NCBI RefSeq assembly: GCF_006345805.1
Contig: NC_043006.1
Location: forward strand, 56,606,001-56,670,000
Length of the DNA: 64,000 nucleotides
Source of the DNA: Octopus sinensis
Lineage: Eukaryota
Direction: 5' to 3'
Position numbers and translations under genes: made by a program. The notes beneath the pieces were generated by a model, which saw nothing but the letters and a program-made list of their open reading frames with translations, was not told where the DNA came from and did not search any database. Numbering within the stretch: the stretch's first letter is position 1; the number at the start of each line of letters is the position of its first letter. Shown one piece after another: positions 51,692 to 64,000 of the stretch.

Positions 51692-51752
51692 CGTATATTT
51701 ATACATACGTGTGCATATGAATATTGTATAAATCTATATTATAATATAAATG

Positions 51753-51786
<34 letters not shown>

Positions 51787-51797
51787 ATATATATATA

Positions 51798-51852
<55 letters not shown>

Positions 51853-51898
51853 ATATATATATAACTTATAATATCTAATAAAATATTATAAAATATTT

Positions 51899-52506
51899 TA
51901 TAAGTTATTTATATATTTAACCTTTAAAGGTATTTTTTATATGCTGGCCATTGATAAAAGTTTTTTCGAAAAATTTTATCCTATATTAGATGTAAGTTTA
52001 ATAGTCTTCACTTCCGGGCTCTCTCACTCTGTGAAAGTTTCTAGTTCGAATCACACGTGTCTCGAGATGTGCTGAAGATTTTCTATTTTGTATATATATG
52101 GGGTACTTAGGTCTGCTCAGGACTTAGTGCTTGCTTTTTCCATGGGTATGAGTATTTCATTTATGTATTACGTATTTATCGCTGAGGAGGAGAAAATTCT
52201 TATGAATTAACTCTGAAATTGGGACCAATACCGTAATAACGGAAGTTTTTAAAAATTTCTATCGGCTTGTTTCGAGACGCATGTTAATTTGTGATAAATT
52301 ATAATGGCTATTGACAATTTGTCTATTTTCGGCATATTTGGCATTAGAATTTTCCTTTTGCCCTTATTTTATAAGTTATGTTTTATAAGTTATTTTATTT
52401 TATTTTACTTTATAAGTTATTTATAAATTTAACCTTTAAAGGTATTTTTTAATATGCTGGCCATTGATAAAATTTTTTCGAAAAATTTTATCCTATATTA
52501 GATGTA
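51899..52506. repeat. ~96-bp direct repeat pair (51899-51994, 52411-52506)
   Basis: TATAAGTTATTTATA..CCTTTAAAGGTATTTTT..ATATGCTGGCCATTGATAAAA..CCTATATTAGATGTA occurs twice. Confidence 0.85.
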
Positions 52507-52628
52507 TATATATATTATAGATATAAGGTAAAAAATTATTAATTTAATAACTAACAAATTTTACCAAGTAGCTTCGGTATAAAAAAAAAACAATATCGGT
52601 AAAAACTTATATAAAAAGTTTTTTATAA

Positions 52629-53644
52629 TCTTTATATATATAAAACTGAGAATGTGTGTCTGTCTGTCTGTCTGTCTGTCTGTTTCCCTAAAACTTGAGA
52701 ACTGCACAACCAATTTCATTCAAAAATTTACACATGCCTTACTTAGGGTCCATGTAGTTTCATGGGCAAAAAAAGTTCACTTCTTGCCTAGAGCGAGCCC
52801 ATAGCAATATCATATCTTCTCCACTATTTCAGTATTACGTGTTAAAAGTGAAACAAAAACATTTCTCTATTTTATGTCAGATACTTTCACTTTAACAATA
52901 AAAATAATAACAATTGAATTATATGTAGTAAGTAATAATTAAAATCAAACTAAAGTATAATATAATCGTAACATAAAAAAAAGTAAAAATAGCAATTGGT
53001 ATAAAATTACATCAATGACTTGAACTTGAATAAGTGGTTTCACATGAATGAGAATAAATTAAAAATAGAATTAGCGTGCAGAAATGGAATAGTCCAGATG
53101 GATAATAAAAAATTAAAGAAAAGACTATTGTCTATAAAGTATACAATGTAGAGAAAAAAGAAGATTTGAACGCATGGAGGAAAGCACCTTTGAAAAGTGT
53201 CTTGATGCGACTATGAAAGACATCTAATCAGAGGCGGTAAATTCGCCACAATAGAAGCAAGGTTCGAGTTAACGGAGCGTGCAAGGGAGTACTCGACTCG
53301 AACTTGCAAAGTGGAAATATTTTATTTTTACCTTTATATCTGGGAATTAGGACGTCCCGGAAAAAAATTTTTAATGCCCCCCCCCCCCCCCCCCGAAGTA
53401 GAGGTAGGCAAGATACAATTGATCGAAATTACTAGAGACGGGCTAACAATTCCAGTCTGTTATATATTTTGAGCATTGTTATCACTAGCGATATCACGAT
53501 ATAACTTTGTATTTTGTATTTTATGTGTAGATGTATATATATAGATGTATATATATAGATGTACATGTAATATGGACACATATATATACACGTATATACA
53601 TGCACTAGCACTATGACCCGGCAACGACGGGTCTTTAATGCTAG
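52629..53644 (+). mobile_element. Complete non-autonomous Helitron (~1.0 kb)
   Basis: 5' A|TCTTTATATATATAAAACTGAGAATGTGTGTCTGTC. 3' hairpin GACCCG-gcaacga-CGGGTC then TTTAATGCTAG|T (CTAG 53641-53644). The loop GCAACG is shared with the autonomous element. Confidence 0.85.
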
Positions 53645-54004
53645 TTATAAATATAATTAAGGGTTTTGCTAAACCTTTAATCATTGATATATATATATGT
53701 ATATATATAGTCGGATTTATATCTTTGTAAATATGTATATATACCATACACTCGCTATTGAATTTTTCAACCCAGGAACTTCTTCAATTCATAGTTTCTA
53801 GATTTATAAAAACAAACTCACACCTCTATTAATTATCAATTAATCCCTTCTGGATATGCATTACTCTCTTCTTCACTTAAGGTTTTTTTCGATATTATAT
53901 AATATGATATATCTATATTTTACTGTTCAGTTTATACACCCCAACCCGCCCAACTGTTAGCGAATGCAACACCGTTTATATTTTTGAAAATAAGGTACCC
54001 ATAA

Positions 54005-54181
54005 ATGTAGGAGTGGCTGTGTGGTAAGTAGTTTGCTTACCAACCACACAGTTTCGGGTTCAGTCCCACTGCGTGGCACCTTCGGCAAGTGTCTTCTACT
54101 ATAGCCTCGGGCCGACCAAAGCCTTGTGAGTGGATTTGGTAGACGGAAACTGAAAGAAGCTCGTCGTATATATGTATATGA

Positions 54182-54260
<79 letters not shown>

Positions 54261-54980
54261 TCCCCTGCAACATCGCTTGACAACCGATGCTGGTGTATTT
54301 ACGTCCCTGTAACTTAGATGTTAATGTATATCCATTATATATAAATACGTATACATATTTATATATGTCTTGATATATACATATAAGTGTGTATGTGTTT
54401 GTGTACGCAGCGTATTTATCTTACATCGTTACTTTAACAAATAATCTCTCACCGAAAATCTATCTTCATCAAATTAACCAAAAATAGTACAATCCCAAAA
54501 AAAGTATGAAACAAACTAATCGAAAACCCTTAACGATTCTAGAATCAAATGTCTGACTAGAGAACCTGAATAATATCTGTGGTAAGAAGCTTTGTTTCCT
54601 AACCTTTTGGTTCCGAGTTCAATCTCACTGCGTAGCACCTTGGGTAGGTGTCTTCTAGTATAGTCTTGGGCTATAATAGAAGCGTTGTGAGTGGTTTTAG
54701 TAAATGGAAACTGAAAGAAGCCCGTCTTGTGTGTGCGTGTGTGTGCGTGTGTGTGTGTGTGTGTGTGAGAAAGAGAGAGAGAGAGAGAGAGTCTTTGTGT
54801 TTGTGTTTTTCCTCCACCACCGCTTCACAAGCGGTGTTGGTGTGTTTATGTCCAGGTAACTTACCGGGTCGGCAAATGAGCCCGATAGAATAAGTACTAG
54901 GCTTAACAATAAAATAAGTGCTGGAGTCGATTCACTCGACTAAAACGGAAAAAATGTTCAATGACTGAAACAAGTAAAAG
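54005..54980 (+). mobile_element. Two octopus-type SINE copies (54005-54315 3'-truncated; 54575-54980 diverged)
   Basis: Same family as 43720-44175. Confidence 0.8.
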
Positions 54981-55769
54981 ATTGGATAAAGAAAGAACGA
55001 AGACATCATAACCTAACATTGATTTCAAATTTTGGCACAAAGCCAGCAATTTCGGGGAAGTAAGTCGATTACATCGCCCCTAGTAATCAACTCGTACTGA
55101 TTTTTCGACCCCGAAAGAATGAAAAGCAAGTCGATCCCGGCGTGAATTATCATAATCTTATATTAAAACTGATAACAATATAAATGAACATACTTTCAAA
55201 AATATAAAACTCAATCAGTTCCTTAGAAACATAACTAACTAAGGAATAAACTTGACAGATGCAACGCGGCATATGATTGGTCGACATAGGAATCATCTTC
55301 CAAATTGCAAATTAAGCGGCCATGCTGGTTGGTTTACGATTATTCTGGAAAGTTACTTATTTTTCCCACATTTTCTCACTTTTCTATAAAAGGTGCATCT
55401 TTTACGCTTGTCGAGTTTGAGGGATGACTTTTATTATATTTCTAAATAAGGCGTGAGAATTTGAAATAGTTGCCTGAAGGTGGTCAAAAAAGTCGACGTT
55501 TGGGGCTTTGCATGTCAACCTAAAAACAAAGAACTTCCGCTATCTAATGGATATCAAGGTTATTTCGACACTCTTATGTAGGATCATAACTTCCTTCGGT
55601 GTCAAACAACCTTAGAAACTTATTTAATGCTGCCTAGGAATATACAAACCTTATAGTTTGTGTCCGGATCATAATTATACACTTAGCCATCTATAACCCG
55701 ATTACATTGTAACACAAAATTTAATCAAATAATTACCCAACTCAATCAACGTTAAATAGCATTTTTTTT

Positions 55770-56058
55770 ACGACCAAGCTATCAGATGTTGCTACATATC
55801 GCTGGTCACAATGCACTTCGCATTGTTTTAGCCTTCAAATGACGCCACCCCGCTGGCTAAGCGAGCAGGCCAACAGAAGAAAGAGTGAGAGAAAGTTGTA
55901 GCGAAAGAGTACAGCAGGGATCGACACCACCCTCTGCCGAAGCCTCATGGAGCTTTAAGTGTTTTCGCTCAATAAACACTCACAACGCCCGGTCTGGGAA
56001 TCGAAACCCCGATCCTACAACTGCGAGTCCGCTGCCCTAACCACTGGGCCATTGCGCC
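55770..56058 (-). mobile_element. Octopus-type tRNA-derived SINE with intact head
   Basis: GGCGCAATGGCCCAGTGGTTAGGGCAGCGGACTCGCAG..GGTTTCGATTCCCAGACCGGGCGTTGTGAGTG. Confidence 0.85.
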
Positions 56059-56619
56059 TATATAGCACTTATAAAGAATAAACTAATGAATTAATGCGAA
56101 TGATATAGATTAAATTAATTAACATAGATACTCTACAAATCCAAACACTGCCATATGCCTAGAACGTACTCAAAAACAAATAGTTACGACCAACGAATAA
56201 CACATATTAACTGACTATGAGCACTTAATGTCCAAATGCACACATTTTAAATGAGATATGACTACATATTGAAAATAACTTATGTGAAATCGAAATACTA
56301 AATAAATAATTTTATAATTCCAACAAAATTTACATTCTCCTCACCAGGAAATCCGTTCTGATCCTCTATCGACAACACGTACTACGGGCAAAAAGGATCA
56401 GAGTCAACCTGAATGCAATTGAAGTGGCAGTAATCCTCCGATGAGAATCCACGAGACAAAATACGTATAGACCACTCAAGGCCATTCTTTCTCACCCTAA
56501 TCCATATGCAGTCTATCTAAGCACAACTATTCGACCGTTAAAACACTCTTTAGGGGATACAATAATTCTATAATTTCACGCATATATAACCATAATAATT
56601 TAGCTTCGAGTGTGGTGTG

Positions 56620-56685
<66 letters not shown>

Positions 56686-56817
56686 TGTGTGTGTTACACG
56701 AGAGCGACTATAGCTTAGTAGCATGTAGCCAAGCGTTTTGCTAATTGTTTTAGATGAACTTCGTTTTTGTATCTGGTTTGCAAGATTCTTTATGTGAATT
56801 CGTGTGTTGAAACAAAT

Positions 56818-57042
56818 TTTGTTATGTCTAGGGAGAGTCATTGCGCCAATATTAATAGCACACACACACACTGGTTCAGTTCCACTCCTTTATCAGTCAA
56901 CTGGTTAAATATCAAACTAACTAAACAAACAGTCGATTGGTTAGTTGGATATTTCAACAATTGACTAATAATAAAAGAGTGAAATTGAACCAGTGCGTCC
57001 GTTATTAATATTGGCGTGAAGACTCTCCTTAGACACAACAAA
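56818..57042. mobile_element. Foldback MITE-like element, ~110-bp diverged arms, ~8-nt spacer
   Basis: TTTGTTATGTCTAGGGAGAGTC..GCCAATATTAATA..ACTGGTTCA mirrored by TGAACCAGT..TATTAATATTGGCG..GACTCTCCTTAGACACAACAAA. Confidence 0.75.
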
Positions 57043-57092
57043 GTTTTAGATGTAGTTGCAAGCAAACTTTGAGTGTATGGGGAAGAGTGCAT

Positions 57093-57130
<38 letters not shown>

Positions 57131-57133
57131 GTA

Positions 57134-57195
<62 letters not shown>

Positions 57196-57309
57196 GATAT
57201 ATAGATATAGATATAGATATAGAATATATGTATTGTACACCTCCACCCTTACAAACATGGGCGTGCATATATGTAAACAAACTTAACAAAAGGTGATTAC
57301 GCCCACTTC

Positions 57310-58330
57310 CTATCTTTGTAGATGCCGCAATGTCAGCGTATGTCTGTTGATCATCAACCACAGCATACTGGATCGCTGTATCGAAGAAGGTGGACCGCCT
57401 GGCTAGTGGAATATATCCCTTCCACTTAAAGTGAAAAAGAAAACGCTCCAATCTGCTTAGAAAATATCTCAGGTAGGACGCGATCGTCAGGTGAGGGTGT
57501 ATAATGAAGGAAATATACGCGTTCGCCACTGCTACCAGTCTTTTTCGAGATGGGTTTTCTGCGGAACATTTCCGGTGAAATTGATCAACCTGTTTATATC
57601 ATTCCAATCCTGATTTACTTGGAACAGTCCGTCTGTTCAGCGTTTCACGTCGATATCCAGCGATATGGACTTGCTGCTTCTGCAAGTACTGCGCTACAAG
57701 CACACCGACTTTTCTCGATAGAATTAGTACTCCATTAGACCGGTGCTGTCCACCTTGTCTACCGTGGTGTTCAACACCGTTACGTTGACCTCCACCAAAG
57801 CTAGATTTGTTACTCTTCTCTAAAATTTATAGTAAGAAGTGAAGATTGTTATAAATAGATCTGTTCGGGATCGAGTGTGCTCGTATTTTCAAGAACTACC
57901 AAGGACAATCATCATTTTTTGTTAATACCTTGGCCAAAATTCTAAACTGCATTCAACAGAGTTACCAGCAAGAAATTATCGATTACGTCTAAGCACGCCA
58001 TTCTAATCTGGCGATTTACTCCTTGCACATCTGTACTTCAGTTGCTTTTATCTACTTTTTTTGCCATGCTTTGCACCTTGGGGAAGTACGACAGGATATC
58101 GAAGCAAGCACTCAGCTCTAACATTGTCTCCTGAGCATCTCCCCATCTGGGCAGTCAAGCAAACTAGCATTCGAAATCCGCACACATCTGCTTAGAATTG
58201 AGTAGCATGCGACCATCTCGGTGCGTCAAAGCCCGAATTGTGACTTGCCTGTCACATCCTGCTCTGTTAATTGGGCCATCGAACGGCTTTCATTTTTGTG
58301 CTTGAAAACGCTCATCTTAGCTCTCATAAC
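57310..58330 (-). mobile_element. Decayed Tx1/L1-clade LINE RT fragment
   Basis: LVTLLNA..ILAKVL, a degenerate SRSIHNNLH-like stretch, FQVNQDWNDI and VANAYISFII..SRLERFLFHFKWKGYIPLARRS. Internal deletions. Confidence 0.7.
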
Positions 58331-59261
58331 TCAACTTTTGTGTCACTCGTTGAAGAAATTATCATAACAAACACTCTCGCCGCTGTACATCAGTTTGATA
58401 ACTTTCAAATCCATCTCTTTTAATTTACTCATTAGTTCTGTCTCTTACTTTCATCTCTTTTTAATTTGCACATCATTCACACACACCGAATCTACATTTT
58501 GCTTTCATTTCTTTCTCTTTTTTTTTTTTTAGATCTGAAACGAACAGCACGGCGATATTCAGGCTACCCTGATTCATGCACCACATGAAATATACTATCA
58601 TCTACACAATATTTACTATTTCAAACAGGAAATATATTTTTTTATTTATTGTAATAAGAAAAATTACTTCCTCAACGAACTATTATTTGATGAAACCACC
58701 TCAATATATCATTAGAATGCGTTAAACGCTTACAAATTGATTTTCATGACCAAGTTAGGCCTTGCTTAATCTCTTCTAATTTCCCTCTTCAGAGCTTTCT
58801 ACCACTGATAGTTGCCGATTGCTTCCACTAACCTCTACCACATTTATTCGTTAATTCAGCCATTATAAACTTTGTACTTCAAAAGAATGTGTTCAGCTTC
58901 CAGTAACAGGGCTCCTGTCTATACAGAATGGCATTTTCGGCTTAAACTGATCCAATGGCTATGGAACTGTTTGGGTCCGGTCTCATGACAGAGATTATGC
59001 CTTTATAGAAAAGCAGAATCTTTTCTCACATGTTGCCCTCTAAAACAAGCCAAAGCATTCACTGTATTACAACCAAGGTATTTCCTAACTACAGCCCACT
59101 GATACTTCATTAAGGCGAGACTTTCGTGATATCAAAAACATTTTTGTCGGTGGTTCACTCCCCTGAACGTCTCAAAAGCTGCAGTTTGAGAAATGTAATT
59201 TACCTGGGGATTACGTTAGGTACATGTATATATGTGTGTGTGCGCGTCTTGTTTGAAACTT

Positions 59262-59575
59262 AGCGGTAGGGGTATTCGGCTCACGATTGTAATCTCGTGA
59301 GTTCGATTCCCAGTGGCGCTTTGCGTTCTTGAGCAAGATAGTTTATTTCACGTTGGTCCAGTATATTCAGCTGGCAAAAATGAGTTGTACCTGTAATTCA
59401 AAGGGCCAGGCCTTGTCACATTCTGTATCATGCTGAATCTCCTTGAGAATTTACGTTAAGTGTACGCTTGTCTGCAGAGTGATCAGCCACTTGCACATCT
59501 ATTTCGCAAACAGGCTGTTCTGTTGATCGGATCAACTGAAGCCCTCGTAGTCATAACCGATGGATTGCCAGTGTG
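59262..59575 (+). mobile_element. Diverged tRNA-derived SINE
   Basis: GAGTTCGATTCCC B box. Its 3' body is shared with 8812-9107. Confidence 0.75.
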
Positions 59576-59793
59576 TTTTATTTTGATTCAGCCGAGAATG
59601 TTATAACCTTAACACACCTCTGATGTGTGTTGGGGCAAAAGAGTTACCAACAGCGGCACAAGCGTCTGCTTTTAGCCCAATGACTAACAGGAAACCACAT
59701 TCCATGTATCGAGTGCTCTTTTGTTTGATATACGAAACTTGCTTGATCCCACGCACACATACTCAAACACACAGACGTACCCTCTCTTCCTCC

Positions 59794-59829
<36 letters not shown>

Positions 59830-59835
59830 CAGTCA

Positions 59836-59872
<37 letters not shown>

Positions 59873-60092
59873 CTTCACACACATGCACACACACACACAT
59901 ACAAGAAGTGGGTAAGTTACTACGAGGCTCTCAGCTACCCTTGTGTGTTGTGTGATTCGGAAATGGTGTTATTTTCTACCAGTAAAATGTTTATATATAG
60001 TGAGAGATGTTCGGTTTGTGTTGTATTAAAGTATGTGTGTATGTGTTTGGGGCAAATATGTTTGTGTGTGCGTGTGTGTGTATGTATGTATG

Positions 60093-60142
<50 letters not shown>

Positions 60143-60305
60143 TATAAAATGGGGAAGTTTCAACTTCATGAAATTATGTGAGGGTGTTTTGATGGAGATA
60201 ATACATCCATACCTCTCTCTCTCCCTCTCTCTCTTCCTCTCTTATATATATATATATTTATACATACATACAGAGAGAGAGAGAGAGAGATAAACACACA
60301 CACAG

Positions 60306-60338
<33 letters not shown>

Positions 60339-60805
60339 TATGTGTGTTTGGTTTTTACATTCCGTCATATATTATGTGGCTTTAAAAGCGTGAAATAGCC
60401 TTCCTAAAACGGCGTGTGTTTAAAATGTTGTAAACTTGTTACCATTGATTTACGTCAGCTACTCTAGAAAGGTTATTTTTCAATTTAAAGTACTTTGATG
60501 TTTGCGGTTGTATTAGTGTCTATCTCTGCTTTTATTACAATATTTTATGTCCGTTGTTATTTTATATTTTCCCCTTAAAACAACCAAGTATACACACATA
60601 CATACACACGTCCGTCCACGCACACACATATATTCAAAAACACACACACAAACACAAACGCGCATGCATACACTCACACAAATATACATATGTATATATA
60701 TACATATATATACATATATATATATACATATATATATATACATATATATATATACATATATATATATACATATACATATATATATATATATATACATACA
60801 TATAC

Positions 60806-60855
<50 letters not shown>

Positions 60856-60870
60856 TATATATATATACAT

Positions 60871-60973
<103 letters not shown>

Positions 60974-61262
60974 GCGGTTTCGAAACGGAAATTGTATTTG
61001 GAAGTTTAAATTAAATTTCCGTAGTGAAATGATATTTCTGGACAACAGAAAAACCTAAATATCAGAACGGATATGATATTTATCGACTGAAATGAAATTA
61101 TTAGTTTGAAAAGTATTTTTTTTTATTTTAAACTTTTAAACTGAATCGAGCCAATCGAATGAGAGAGTCGCTTCCATCCAATCATCAGTAAAACAATATA
61201 TGATCATTTGAATGACCTTATATGTCTGTGTATGTGTATATATATATGTGTGTGTGTGTATG

Positions 61263-61299
<37 letters not shown>

Positions 61300-61304
61300 A
61301 TACA

Positions 61305-61690
61305 ATAACTGATGGGTTGAGGTTCACAACAGCTGTTTCAGGCGTGTTCTTTATTGATGAACAGAATGTGACGTGTTCTTTATTATGTTACATAATGCGA
61401 AAAAAAAAAAGGAAATCTTCTGGTGAATTAAGAGTAAAACTTAACACTTGGGATTCCTCCCAAAAAGTGAACATTGCGTAAATTAACCCCTCCCATCAAG
61501 GTTACGAGTGGAATCTAGGCTGGAGGGTCAACTTATGTTCTATTTTTGTGAGGAATCCTAAGTGCTAAATTTTACTCTTAACTCACCTGAAGAAAACGAG
61601 GGGGATTTGTATGATGTAAAACTTTTGCTCATCAATAGAAAATGCGTCTGAAACAGCTGTAATGAAGCTCAACCTATCTGCGTTGTTTAT
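61305..61690. mobile_element. Foldback MITE-like element (~380 bp, long imperfect arms); second copy at 63182-63565
   Basis: ACAGCTGTTTCAG..ATTGATGA..GGTGAATTAAGAGTAAAA..CACTTGGGATTCCTC mirrored by GAGGAATCCTAAGTG..TTTTACTCTTAACTCACC..TCATCAAT..CTGAAACAGCTGT. Confidence 0.7.
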
Positions 61691-61962
61691 TCATCACCTA
61701 ACTCACAACCTTCATGCTCTGAACCTGGAGCCTTTAGTCGACTGTGAATACGTACCGAGTGTGTACCCCGTGTGACTGTGAGTACACTATGTGTGCATAA
61801 CTGGAAAAATAAATACGTATTTACTTTAGTATACAAGTTAATTACAACACACATTGCTAGTGCATTGGAGCGCTATCCCCGACTCTACCTTGGTGTATTT
61901 TACTATTCAAATCCTGATGCTATCGGCACTGAACATTTTATTATTATTATATATATATATAT

Positions 61963-62019
<57 letters not shown>

Positions 62020-62124
62020 TATAATTTAGTTAATCCAAACACAACCACGCGAAGACATGAACAAGTATAGTGTTATTGGCGCTCAGGAAAGGAAAGAAAA
62101 AAGGAATATATATGTTGGTGGGTA

Positions 62125-62742
62125 CAGGGTGATTGAAAAGTAACTTCTTCTATTTTAAAATACTTATAATTTATTTTTAACTATCCCTTTTTCCTCAAAT
62201 TTCTTGTGCTTCCTTTAATGAATGGGAATTGATTCTATGTTGTTTTATTTTTCAGATCGATTATTTTGTTTGAAATTTAGAAGCCCTACAGCATGATTGG
62301 ATGTCTTACTGTGCAGGAGTGTGGTGCCCAAATACAGCACGTTACGAAGTTGAAAGATCAGTTGTTCAAGTGCAAATATGGTGGAGGACCGTTAGAGAAA
62401 ACATGCTCAAGTTGATGCAAAGCCGATCAAGAACTGTCCATTCAAAAACTCATGACCACAGGATCTGTAGCTGATACTCGAAAAGTGGTCGTCTTTCCAA
62501 TCCGTCGAGGTCCGCATGATTGGCCAACCAGAGGCCTTGATTTAATACTCTGCAACGTTTTTTTCCTTTGGGATTGGTTAAGGAGCAGTCTACTCTACTC
62601 TGCCAAACCAACGACTTTGGAAGAACTTGAAAGGTGAATACGAGAAGTTAAGTCTTCCATCTCACAAGCGTCCCTGATGAAATCAGTTGATACAGTTCCC
62701 ACGCTGCTTCAGAATATGATGGTGCCTATATCAAATGTTAAA
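62125..62742 (+). mobile_element. Internally deleted Tc1/mariner remnant
   Basis: TA|CAGGGTGATTGAAAAG left end. Peptides LTVQECGAQI, DWPTRGLDLILCNVFFLWDWL (cf. WPPRSPDLTPCDFFLWG) and KPTTLEEL. Right TIR absent. Confidence 0.7.
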
Positions 62743-62879
62743 TCAGACTCTCTCCTCTCTCTCTCTCTCCCTTCCTCTCTCCTCTCTCTCTCTCTATCCA
62801 TCTTCTCTCTCTCTCTCTATCTCTCTCTCTCTTTATCTCTATATTATATATATTTATATTAATACATATATACATATTT

Positions 62880-63080
62880 CGCCCATGGAGATCGCTAGCC
62901 ACTACACATTCTTTTTTTCTCTACTTATTTCCTTCTGTGTTCCCTTCTGTGGAAGAGCGTAGGCTCAAAACGTTAAAGACTTTTTCAGTTCCCGCGCGTT
63001 ATACTAATACATCTGTTTGTTGTCTACACCACCTGTCTTCGTCTTTTGTTTTGTGTTTTTTTGTGATTTCTCTACAAATA
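62880..63080 (+). mobile_element. Second copy of the pLTR-like repeat with a degenerate hammerhead-like motif
   Basis: CTGTGGA-A-GAGC-gtag-GCTC-AAAA-CGTT-AAAGAC at 62947-62980. Confidence 0.6.
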
Positions 63081-63091
63081 TATACATAATA

Positions 63092-63154
<63 letters not shown>

Positions 63155-63869
63155 GTGTGTGTGTGTGTGTGTGTGTATACAATAACTGATGGGTTGAGGT
63201 TCACAACAGCTGTTTCAGGCGTGTTCTTTATTGATGAACAGAATGTGACGTGTTCTTTATTATGTTACATAATGCGAAAAAAAAAAAGGAAATCTTCTGG
63301 TGAATTAAGAGTAAAACTTAACACTTGGGATTCCTCCCAAAAAGTGAACATTGCGTAAATTAACCCCCCATCAAGGTTACGAGTGGAATCTAGGCTGGAG
63401 GTCAACTTATGTTCTATTTTTGTGAGGAATCCTAAGTGCTAAATTTTACTCTTAACTCACCTGAAGAAAACGAGGGGGATTTGTATGATGTAAAACTTTT
63501 GCTCATCAATAGAAAATGCGTCTGAAACAGCTGTAATGAAGCTCAACCTATCTGCGTTGTTTATTCATCACCTAACTCACAACCTTCATGCTCTGAACCT
63601 GGAGCCTTTAGTCGACTGTGGAATACGTACCGAGTGTGTACCCCGTGTGACTGTGAGTACACTTATGTGTGCATAACTGGAAAAATAAATACGTATTTAC
63701 TTTAGTATACAAGTATATTACAACACACATTGCTAGTGCATTGGAGCGCTATCCCCGACTCTACCTTGGTGTATTTTACTATTCAAATACCTGATGCTAT
63801 CGGCAACTGAACATTTTATTATTATTATATATATATATATTATATATATAATATATATATTATATATAT

Positions 63870-63903
<34 letters not shown>

Positions 63904-64000
63904 GTTAATCCAAACACAACAACGCGAAGACATGGAACAAGTATAGTGTTATTGGACGCTCAGGAAAGGAAAGAAAAAAGGAATATATATGTGTGTGTAC

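Larger units (their letters stand above)
61301..64000. repeat. Direct duplication, offset 1877 bp (61301-62112 vs 63178-end of window)
   Basis: ~810 bp are identical apart from about ten differences, mostly single-base indels. Confidence 0.95.

Overview
AT-rich, microsatellite-dense eukaryotic DNA, almost certainly from an octopus (inferred from tRNA-derived SINE sequences I recognise as octopus-type; not database-checked). I found no confident host gene. The window is mostly mobile elements: a full-length 6.1-kb Helitron (14312-20440) with a frameshifted Rep-Pif1 ORF; a mariner with both TIRs; an internally deleted piggyBac splitting an R4/Dong-type LINE; a second Dong-type 3' fragment in a (TAA)n tract; a decayed Buster/Charlie hAT; RTE and Tx1/L1 remnants; non-autonomous Helitrons; foldback MITEs; and many SINEs. 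The most notable unannotated signals are catalytic-RNA motifs. There is a complete type I hammerhead ribozyme fold with an intact core at 49326-49387, a tRNA-headed SINE carrying a Penelope-type minimal hammerhead (10545-11140), and a second family with a hammerhead-like variant. A 7 x ~199-bp array derives from a LINE-LINE junction. Two weak candidate exons lie on the minus strand. Near-perfect fold-backs beside (TA)n tracts and indel-only differences between duplicates suggest long-read assembly errors, so some frameshifts may be artefacts. Coordinates were read by eye and may be off by a few bases.
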